This document shows, one piece after another, positions 7,789 to 15,109 of a DNA stretch of 16,337 bases. Position 1 is the first letter of the stretch; every line of letters starts with the position of its first letter. Both the position numbers and the translations under genes were made by a program. Below the pieces are notes generated by a model that ran no database searches, was not told where the DNA came from, and saw only the letters and a program-made list of their open reading frames with translations. Source of the stretch: Nanobdellota archaeon (GTDB lineage Archaea; Nanobdellota; Nanobdellia; Woesearchaeales; JAHWHD01); contig JAYENX010000017.1 in the NCBI GenBank assembly GCA_034722435.1, forward strand, positions 1 to 16,337. The letters are read 5' to 3'.

Positions 7789-8853
7789 CTATGCGCCAGT
7801 CATCTCGATTATTTTCTTAGCACAATCTTCCATAGAATCTAGACTTTCAATTCCTGCCTGCTTTAATATTTGTAAACCCTCTTTTTCATTCGTACCTATC
7901 ATTCTTACAACAACAGGAACTTCTACATTATTATTGTTCACATAATTCACAAGCCCTTGAGCAATCTCGTCGCATCGCGTTATTCCGCCAAATATATTTA
8001 TAAAAACTCCTTTAGGATTTTTCATGAGCACAATCTCAAGACTTCTTTCCATCTTTTCCACAGAAGCACCTCCGCCAACATCTAAAAAATTGGCAGGTTT
8101 TCCTCCAAAATACTTCAAGACATCTAAGGTGCTCATCACTAAACCTGCACCATTACCAATAATTGCAATATCGCCGTCAAGCTCAACATATTGCAGACCA
8201 TATTCCGTAGCTTTTTTTTCAATCTCTGTTAACTCTTCTTCTTTCTTAAATTCTGGATGTTTGTAAAGTGCATTATCATCAAGTATAACTTTAGAATCTC
8301 CTGCAATATATTTTCCTTCGGATAAAAATAACGGATTTATTTCAACTAGTTCGCAGTCAAGTTCTGTCATCAACTTATGCAAATTCATAATAATTTCAAT
8401 AATCTTTTCATTATTTATCTTTTTATTTATATCCTCTACAGCGTCTTCAATCTTAAAAAAGTTGATCTTAACAATTTGATCTTTTGGAACTGATTCAATA
8501 TCGACTCCCCCTGCTTCAGAGAATATCAATGTTAAACATTTATCTGCTCGATTTATTGTAATAGAAAGGTATAGCTCTTTTTCAATATCTACTTTATCTT
8601 CAATGAGTAACTCTTTAACTGGAAGTTCTTTAATTTTAGAATTAAATAATTCTGTACAAATTTCTTTAATATTTGCAGCACTTGCAACTTTGATACCTCC
8701 TGCTTTTCCTCTTCCCCCTACAAGAAGTTGTACTTTTACAATTGCTTCTTTTTCATCATGAAGTTCATCAATACTAGAAATAACATAACCCTCTGGAACC
8801 TTAATTCCATATTTTCTGAATAAATCTTTTCCTTGGTATTCTTTTAATTTCAT
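7789..8853 (-). CDS. sucC: Succinyl-CoA synthetase beta subunit (ATP-grasp); start at 8853 in an ATGA overlap with korC
   Basis: LKEYQGK, GGRGKAGG, EINP, GNGAGL, NFLDVGGG, NIFGGITRCD. Confidence 0.95.
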   Translation of the reverse strand: MKLKEYQGKDLFRKYGIKVPEGYVISSIDELHDEKEAIVKVQLLVGGRGKAGGIKVASAANIKEICTELFNSKIKELPVKELLIEDKVDIEKELYLSITINRADKCLTLIFSEAGGVDIESVPKDQIVKINFFKIEDAVEDINKKINNEKIIEIIMNLHKLMTELDCELVEINPLFLSEGKYIAGDSKVILDDNALYKHPEFKKEEELTEIEKKATEYGLQYVELDGDIAIIGNGAGLVMSTLDVLKYFGGKPANFLDVGGGASVEKMERSLEIVLMKNPKGVFINIFGGITRCDEIAQGLVNYVNNNNVEVPVVVRMIGTNEKEGLQILKQAGIESLDSMEDCAKKIIEMTGA

Positions 8854-9356
8854 TCTTTCCAACTATATCCATACATTATGGCTTCAACATTCTTCTCAAT
8901 ATATCTTTCAGGTAAATATTTTTGAAGATTAATTTGTGTTATGTCTATGTCCATCTTTTTTAACAATTGACCAAGGGCAATCATGTTAATGAAAATCTGA
9001 CTACCAAACTTTTCAGATGCTAAAGTCATAAATGGCATTGCAATTAATTCTTCTGTATTAAATGTTTGTTTTTCATCTTCTTTTTTGAACAACGATTTTT
9101 CAACAATCATTTTTTTAGCAGAAAATCCTTGAACTTCGGATAACATCAAAAGCATATCAGCAGTGTCAATAATTGGATTATCAATTTTTTCATTTGCATA
9201 TATTAAATTAGCAGTTATATTCCCTCCACGAACTGCAGCATCATAACTGTAAGTTAAAGTAACGTACTTATCAAGTTGAGTTAATATTCTTGCAAGCACA
9301 TTTGCTAATAATTTAACTCCTTGTCCGCCTTCCCCAACCATTATTATTTTACGCAT
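8850..9356 (-). CDS. korC: 2-oxoacid:ferredoxin oxidoreductase gamma subunit
   Basis: GEGGQGV, Y...VRGG, NMIALG. Confidence 0.85.
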   Translation of the reverse strand: MRKIIMVGEGGQGVKLLANVLARILTQLDKYVTLTYSYDAAVRGGNITANLIYANEKIDNPIIDTADMLLMLSEVQGFSAKKMIVEKSLFKKEDEKQTFNTEELIAMPFMTLASEKFGSQIFINMIALGQLLKKMDIDITQINLQKYLPERYIEKNVEAIMYGYSWKE

Positions 9357-10086
9357 TATTTACAATACCTAGTTCATTATCTTTTAATTTTTCTTCAGGT
9401 TTACTATTAACTTTAAAAGAATCTCTGAAATTCTTAAGCATGTCAAAAGGAGTTTTAAAACCTATCCTTCTTCCGTAATTAGATATACAATTTGTTTTCA
9501 CTTCAACAAAACTAAACCCGGGCCATTTGATTGCTTCTTCAATACATTTACTCAAATGTTCAACGTGCCATACAGTTGTTCTTGCATAGAAATGTTTCCT
9601 GTTAGACGTGATTATTCCTTGTATATTTATTTGTTCAAATTCTGCTCCTTTTGGACTTGTCATTGTAGGTACATCTTTTGGTGTTAATGGGCTCATTTGA
9701 CCACCTGTCATTCCATATATTTCATTATTTGCGCATATGATTGTTAAGTTCGTATTACGTCGAGCACAATGTATGAGATGATTACCTCCTATACCTGTTA
9801 GATCTCCATCTCCAGAAAATACAATCACGTTCATATCATCATTTGCCCTTTTTACACCTTCAGCAATAGGTATGGCCCTTCCATGAATTCCATTGACGCT
9901 ATCAACATTAAAATATCCTGATCCTCTGGCAGTACAACCAATTCCTGAAACTACTGTTGTTTTATTTTTTGGAAGTTTAAGGTTATCAAATACTTTAGCC
10001 GTAGTCTTTAGCAAAATACCTAACCCGCACCCTGCACACCATACTGTTGGCAGTTTATCCATTTTAAGATAATCTTCATAAGTCAT
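9349..10086 (-). CDS. korB: 2-oxoacid:ferredoxin oxidoreductase beta subunit (TPP-binding)
   Basis: WCAGCG, SGIGC, HGRA, GDGD...GGNH, NNEIYGMTGGQ.SP. Confidence 0.92.
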   Translation of the reverse strand: MTYEDYLKMDKLPTVWCAGCGLGILLKTTAKVFDNLKLPKNKTTVVSGIGCTARGSGYFNVDSVNGIHGRAIPIAEGVKRANDDMNVIVFSGDGDLTGIGGNHLIHCARRNTNLTIICANNEIYGMTGGQMSPLTPKDVPTMTSPKGAEFEQINIQGIITSNRKHFYARTTVWHVEHLSKCIEEAIKWPGFSFVEVKTNCISNYGRRIGFKTPFDMLKNFRDSFKVNSKPEEKLKDNELGIVNNA

Positions 10087-11087
10087 TCTAACTGCCTCTT
10101 TATTTCTTCTAAACTTATGTGTCCGCCATTACAATTGATAAATTCAACTTTTTGTTTTAATACTCTTTCAACTTCCTGGACATATTGACCTTCGTTCATT
10201 TCAATTACCACAATTCTTTTGTATTTTTTAGCGATATCTTTAAGTTCATTAAGGAAAGGCCATATTCTTATAGGTCTAAAAATTGAATATTCTGTTTTCA
10301 GAGGCATAATAACTCTTGATGTAATCCCGTAAGCAATTATTAATGTATCTGACTTTTCATTTTTAATATACTCATAAAAATTATAATTATCTGCAGCTGC
10401 TTTTATTCTATCTTTATACTCTTTCATCCATACTTTAAAATAAGCAATATCTTTTGTTTTTGGAACTCCATCTTTATTCAATATACCTGCAATATGTCCT
10501 GCCCCCTCTCCTAAAGCTTTCTTTGTTCGAGGAACAACTCTTAGATTAATTTTATCTAAATCTACAGATTCATACATCAATCCTATAAAGCCGTCAGTCA
10601 ATAATATCACAGGACTTAAACTATCCTCGGCTGCATTAAAGGCATGCTGAGTATATTCATAACATTCTTGTACAGAATTAGGATAAAACACTATTGGAAA
10701 ATAATCTCCATGACTTCCCCATTTAACTTGCATAATATCTCCTTGGTTAGGCAATGTTGGCATTCCTGTTGAAGGTCCCACTCTTTGTACATCAACAATA
10801 ACTAACGGCGTTTTCGTCATATGTGCGAAACCTATAGCTTCTTGTTTTAATGAGAACCCGGGTCCTGACGTGGAAGTCATTGCTTTTACTCCAGCCATTG
10901 ATGCCCCGATTGCAATGTTTATCCCCGCTATTTCATCTTCAGCATGCAAAAACCCTATCTTTTTTTTAGCCATGTAATGCATAATTTCAGAAGCAGGAGT
11001 TATAGGATAGGCTGAGAAGAATTTACAACCTGCTGCAATTGCTCCTTCAACAACTGCATGATTCCCTTGTAATAATTTTTTACTCAT
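10083..11087 (-). CDS. korA: 2-oxoacid:ferredoxin oxidoreductase alpha subunit
   Basis: GNHA...GA, YPITPASE, EDE, TSGPGFSL, QRVGPSTGMPT, EMNEGQ. Confidence 0.92.
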   Translation of the reverse strand: MSKKLLQGNHAVVEGAIAAGCKFFSAYPITPASEIMHYMAKKKIGFLHAEDEIAGINIAIGASMAGVKAMTSTSGPGFSLKQEAIGFAHMTKTPLVIVDVQRVGPSTGMPTLPNQGDIMQVKWGSHGDYFPIVFYPNSVQECYEYTQHAFNAAEDSLSPVILLTDGFIGLMYESVDLDKINLRVVPRTKKALGEGAGHIAGILNKDGVPKTKDIAYFKVWMKEYKDRIKAAADNYNFYEYIKNEKSDTLIIAYGITSRVIMPLKTEYSIFRPIRIWPFLNELKDIAKKYKRIVVIEMNEGQYVQEVERVLKQKVEFINCNGGHISLEEIKRQLE

Positions 11088-11259
11088 CTTTTATTTTCAA
11101 AGCTATATCTGGACAGAATTTTTCACACATTCTACATTTAATACATTTTCCGTCCATGATTAATTTTCCATCCTTCCATTTAAGAATCTTCTGTGGACAT
11201 ACATCTACACATATATTACATTTTTTACAACGTTTTTCATTCCACTCTAAGCTTACCAT
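11080..11259 (-). CDS. korD: 2-oxoacid:ferredoxin oxidoreductase delta subunit, 2x[4Fe-4S] ferredoxin; start at ATG 11259 preferred
   Basis: CKKCNICVDVCP and CIKCRMCEKFCP; TTTAAATA (11284-11291) with upstream GAAAACC lies 25 nt from ATG 11259. Confidence 0.9.
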   Translation of the reverse strand: MVSLEWNEKRCKKCNICVDVCPQKILKWKDGKLIMDGKCIKCRMCEKFCPDIALKIKDE

Positions 11260-11283
11260 ATAACACAACTTTAAAACCCTTAT

Positions 11284-11291
11284 TATTTAAA
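11284..11291 (-). promoter_or_regulatory. BRE/TATA of the korDABC-sucC operon
   Basis: Minus strand reads gaaaacc-TTTAAATA. Confidence 0.6.
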
Positions 11292-11392
11292 GGTTTTCGT
11301 ATGCTTCTCTATATCTAGTTTTACATTAGATACTTAAGTTCAATTTAAATTCAACCCAAATATATATAAATACATAATTCTCTGTTACAAAC

Positions 11393-11926
11393 ATGTTTTT
11401 TCATAATGCGATTAAAAAACTTCATGAATCTGATGACTTTAAGAAATGGAGAAAAGAGAATAGTAAACACTTTCTAAGTACAGGATTTATAGTGGTAGAG
11501 AAGGCTCGTGAATATCCTTGGATGATAGGATACTTTGATACAAAGACTGATAAGATTTCTTCATTTGTGGTTTCAGATAAAGAATGTTACTTTGAAAAGG
11601 TGGACGAAGTTTTTAAGAAACCTGAGGATACGGTCTTTGAGTTAAATCTTGAGAAGGTTAAGATTGATGTGGAAAAAGTGTTAGACCTTATTGAAACATA
11701 CTGTAAAGAAAAATACAATCATGAGACAATTATAAAAACTATCCTTATTATTCAGAATCTTCCTAAGCACGGAAATGTTTGGAATGTAACTCTAATAACT
11801 CAATCTTTTAACGCTATTAATATGAAAATAAACTCTGAGGATGGTAAACTCCTTGAAGATAAATGTTCTTCATTGTTAAGTTATGGCGCTCCTGATACTT
11901 TGGCAGATGCCAAGAATAATGTTTAA
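11393..11926 (+). CDS. Hypothetical soluble protein
   Basis: 177-aa ORF with TATATAAA (11363-11370) 23 nt upstream; no motif I can assign. Confidence 0.75.
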   Translation: MFFHNAIKKLHESDDFKKWRKENSKHFLSTGFIVVEKAREYPWMIGYFDTKTDKISSFVVSDKECYFEKVDEVFKKPEDTVFELNLEKVKIDVEKVLDLIETYCKEKYNHETIIKTILIIQNLPKHGNVWNVTLITQSFNAINMKINSEDGKLLEDKCSSLLSYGAPDTLADAKNNV

Positions 11927-11996
11927 TATATTTTACATTCAATATAAGTTTATATATTAGTTAATTAATAAAAAATTATAAATTGCTGGGGATTGA

Positions 11997-12061
11997 GGTG
12001 TTTAGATAAAGCTGGTGCAGAATTATATTCTGCACATCACCAGCTTAAAAGGGGGTGTTTA
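11997..12061. repeat. GC-rich hairpin (12009-12046) bracketed by 8-bp direct repeats GGTGTTTA (11997-12004, 12054-12061)
   Basis: aagctggtgcagaat-tat-attctgcac[atcac]cagctt forms a 15-bp stem with a 5-nt bulge. Confidence 0.75.
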
Positions 12062-12064
12062 AAT

Positions 12065-12865
12065 TTGGCAAAACTTCTAGATGTGAAAGAGGTAAAAGAA
12101 TTTTCTTTTGAAGAATTATTAACAAGACTTAGAAAAGTACCATTGAATCCGCAGGCCACAATAAAAGAATCTGACGGATCTTTAGTTTATATATATAAAA
12201 ATGCAACATTTGAATTAAAAACTCTTGAACCTTCTGCAGTAAACCAAAAATTGTTTACTCCGCAACCAATTGTGTACCAGGAAAGATTGGATTTTTTAAA
12301 TGACCTTCGAACTAAATTTAAAGAGCAAGGTTATGATGATCCTTTACAACTTACAAAATGTTATGATTTTGTAAGTGTTTATCTTGATGATGACGGTAAT
12401 GAGAAAGAAGAACTCTGGACACTTATGCCTCCATTGGTTGAAGTTAACACTTATCAAATGTTTGCTGAGCAACTGCAAGGATTTTTGGATTATTCTAATC
12501 ATCAGAAAAATCTTCCCTCTGAGCATAATATAAACTCAGAAATTGAATCTAAACTTTACAAAGACGTTCAGATTGGTATTACTTTTCCTATTATCTGTGA
12601 CGGTTTTCATAGAGTTGCTGCAGCTCTTGAACTTAACATTCCTATAACTGTGTTATATGTGGAAGGTTCAGATCAACGTTTTCCTTATTATGGAACACCT
12701 AGACCTGTAGCCAAGTTACACAAGCTCCAATCAAGAACTGATAAATCTGATAATTTGGTTGGTAAAAAAGAATATGTTATAAGTAAACCTAACCATAAAT
12801 CTCTTTATAGATTTTTTCCGAGTGCAGGCATACACTGTGGCGGTATACGTCCAAAAGCAAAATGA
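12065..12865 (+). CDS. Uncharacterised protein with a ParB/sulfiredoxin-like motif; start probably TTG 12065 (ORF track gives TTG 11993)
   Basis: PPLVE and IICDGFHRVAAA (DGxHR-type); SD GGGGGTG at 12051-12057; ATGA overlap with the next gene. Confidence 0.65.
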   Translation: MAKLLDVKEVKEFSFEELLTRLRKVPLNPQATIKESDGSLVYIYKNATFELKTLEPSAVNQKLFTPQPIVYQERLDFLNDLRTKFKEQGYDDPLQLTKCYDFVSVYLDDDGNEKEELWTLMPPLVEVNTYQMFAEQLQGFLDYSNHQKNLPSEHNINSEIESKLYKDVQIGITFPIICDGFHRVAAALELNIPITVLYVEGSDQRFPYYGTPRPVAKLHKLQSRTDKSDNLVGKKEYVISKPNHKSLYRFFPSAGIHCGGIRPKAK

Positions 12866-14277
12866 AATTCGAACCACAACATCACCAAACCAAATTAAAG
12901 GTAATCAATCCTGAAGGTTGTGTAGGTGTTGTAACTTTGTGGAGTCCTGTTTTATGGGTTTCTGAAAAATTCACAGAGTTCGGTATTGACCTTTCAAATA
13001 ATTCCAAGATTGTTTGTTTTGGTCAACTTTATGGGGACGGTCTGGGTAGTATGCTCAGAAATCTTCTTTATAATCCTCAGATTAAACATCTTATAGTTTG
13101 TGGTGATAACCGTTCTAATTCTTATGAAGATCTTGTTGCGTTTTTTGAAGCAGGTGTTGAAGATTATGATTGGAATGGAATCCCTATGAAACGAATTATT
13201 GGGAGAGAAAGGTTATTGGATAAAGATATGTCACCTGGCTTATTCACAGAACCTCTTAAAATTACTTACCTTGGTTCGCTTATACAAGATAATTTTTCAG
13301 TCAAATTAAAGCAAGTTCTTGCTTCAATAAACCTGTGCAATAAAGATTCTGAAAGAAAAGATATTCCTGTCCCTGAACTGAATGTTCAATCATATCCTAG
13401 TGAGGCAAGAAGTCATGTAATTTTTGGAAAAAAACCTGTTGAAGCGTGGATAAATCTTGTTCATAGAATATTTAATTTTGGAAAACTTATTCATCTTAGG
13501 AAAGGTCCAAGATGCGAGCTTCAGAATGTTAAAGTCATTATTCAAAATCCTGCTGATTATACTGAAGAAGAACTTGTTAAGTTTGGTTTCAGTATTACAA
13601 AGGTTAAAGCCTACCAAGAAAAAATTTTAAAAAAAGATTTAGAAGAAGGTTCGGCATATACTTATGGTAACAGAATTGGCGCACATTTTGGAATTGATTG
13701 TATCCAAGCTGTCGTTGATAAATTGAATCTAAATCCTAAAAGTAGACGCGCATATATTACTCTCTGGGACCCTGCTAATGATCTTACTACTCCGAAAAGT
13801 GTACCTTGTTTTTTAAGTATCTACTTCAGAAAATTTGAGGACAAATTAACAATGACTGCTACTTTCAGGTCTCATAATGGACTTGATGCTTGGCTTATGA
13901 ACCTTTTCGGATTAAAAGCTATTCTTGATACTGTTGCCAAAGCCACAAACATAGTTGCAGGACCTATCACTGTATTTTCTCATTCGATGACTATCAATCC
14001 TGACAAGTACGAATACGCAAAAACTCTTGCAGATAATAGAACTGTTAAGTACCTTTTTCATAATGAACATGATGCTGCAGGATACAGCGAATACGAAGTT
14101 GAAAGTGGCGAAATGGTTGTTAAATTTTTTTCAGACGGTATCCAGATAAGAGAATATCGTGGGACTAATTCCGAATTGTTAAGAAAAGAAATCGAGAGAG
14201 ATTGCGCAATTTTAAGCATAGGTCATGCTCTTTATGTAGGTCACATGATTGCAAAACTCGAGCAACAACTAAAATAA
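12862..14277 (+). CDS. Fusion of an MtrA-like N-terminal domain, a thymidylate synthase (ThyA-fold) domain and a DUF4346-like C-terminal domain
   Basis: N-term VGVVTLWS...GQLYG.G...RNLLYNPQIKHLIVCG; middle YTYGNR, SRRA...WDP, PC316, FRS; C-term D.AGY...RG...GHALYVG...KLE. Confidence 0.8.
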   Translation: MKFEPQHHQTKLKVINPEGCVGVVTLWSPVLWVSEKFTEFGIDLSNNSKIVCFGQLYGDGLGSMLRNLLYNPQIKHLIVCGDNRSNSYEDLVAFFEAGVEDYDWNGIPMKRIIGRERLLDKDMSPGLFTEPLKITYLGSLIQDNFSVKLKQVLASINLCNKDSERKDIPVPELNVQSYPSEARSHVIFGKKPVEAWINLVHRIFNFGKLIHLRKGPRCELQNVKVIIQNPADYTEEELVKFGFSITKVKAYQEKILKKDLEEGSAYTYGNRIGAHFGIDCIQAVVDKLNLNPKSRRAYITLWDPANDLTTPKSVPCFLSIYFRKFEDKLTMTATFRSHNGLDAWLMNLFGLKAILDTVAKATNIVAGPITVFSHSMTINPDKYEYAKTLADNRTVKYLFHNEHDAAGYSEYEVESGEMVVKFFSDGIQIREYRGTNSELLRKEIERDCAILSIGHALYVGHMIAKLEQQLK

Positions 14278-14904
14278 TTTTTCTATCTCATAAATTTTGT
14301 TTATGTTAATATCTGCAAATTCATCTTTTTCATTTGATACAAGTATTGCAGTTATATTTTTAAGATCCTCTGTTTTTTTAATAGGATAAATATCTCCTAC
14401 TGGGCTATCTCCTATATATGCCAATTCTTCAGTCTTTAGACCTGAAATATTAACCCAGTTATAATAAGGTGTCACTTCTTTTTTGAGAGCTGCAAATATT
14501 TGTATCTCAAACATTTCCACTGGAATCCCTAAACTTTTTAAAACATTTAATGAAGATATTTTATCTCTTGCAGTTATAAGGTCAAGAATAATACTTTTCT
14601 TCTTTAAATTATTAAGAATATTTAACAATTTTTCATCTTTTAAAATAAAAGGGCTCACATCAGTTTCTTGTAAGGCTTCCCATAATACTGCTTTAGGATC
14701 ATCTATACCCATACTTTTTAGAGTTTTAGATGTGCTACTTGTTTCTATTTTTATTCTTTCAAATTCTTCTTTTACCAAATTATAAGGTTTATTTATTCTT
14801 TTTGAAACTTTCTTACATATTGTAGCTCTTATAGCTTCTTGCATTTCAATACTCTGCTTATACAACGTATTATCTAAATCAAAACCAATTCTTTTTATTT
14901 TCAT
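14269..14904 (-). CDS. HAD-superfamily phosphatase, possible nucleotidase; start at ATG 14904 preferred
   Basis: Motif I GFDLDNTLY, motif II LITA, motif IV YIGDS...DI; TATATATG at 14926-14933. Confidence 0.88.
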   Translation of the reverse strand: MKIKRIGFDLDNTLYKQSIEMQEAIRATICKKVSKRINKPYNLVKEEFERIKIETSSTSKTLKSMGIDDPKAVLWEALQETDVSPFILKDEKLLNILNNLKKKSIILDLITARDKISSLNVLKSLGIPVEMFEIQIFAALKKEVTPYYNWVNISGLKTEELAYIGDSPVGDIYPIKKTEDLKNITAILVSNEKDEFADININKIYEIEKLF

Positions 14905-15019
14905 AGTACCGTCTAAATTTCTTGCCATATATATGTTTTTTTGTTTCACTGGTCAAGTGGTCACAAAATGTTTATTAAGATTAAAAATCTTCTAAAATTT
15001 AGAAAAGAGGTGATTTATT

Positions 15020-15109
15020 ATGAAAGAGGAAAAAGTGAAAAATGTCAGCTACAATGACCAGAAAAAGTGTAGAAAACTCGGAGAATTTTTTTCTTCTAAT
15101 GAAGATTAA
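15020..15109 (+). CDS. Small 29-aa ORF absent from the ORF track: MKEEKVKNVSYNDQKKCRKLGEFFSSNED
   Basis: SD GAGGTGA at 15007-15013, ATG 15020, TAA 15107-15109. Confidence 0.5.
   Translation: MKEEKVKNVSYNDQKKCRKLGEFFSSNED

Noticed and set aside
11273-11298. Imperfect inverted repeat AAAACC...GGTTTT around the kor TATA box
   Set aside because: Short and largely explained by BRE/TATA composition
12862-13320. Methanogenesis inferred from the MtrA-like domain
   Set aside because: No other mtr or mcr genes, no membrane anchor, no cobalt-ligand His, and the domain is fused to a TS fold
14905-14949. Longer HAD starts at 14949 or 14928
   Set aside because: HAD motif I normally lies within a few residues of the N-terminus, and a TATA element occupies 14926-14933
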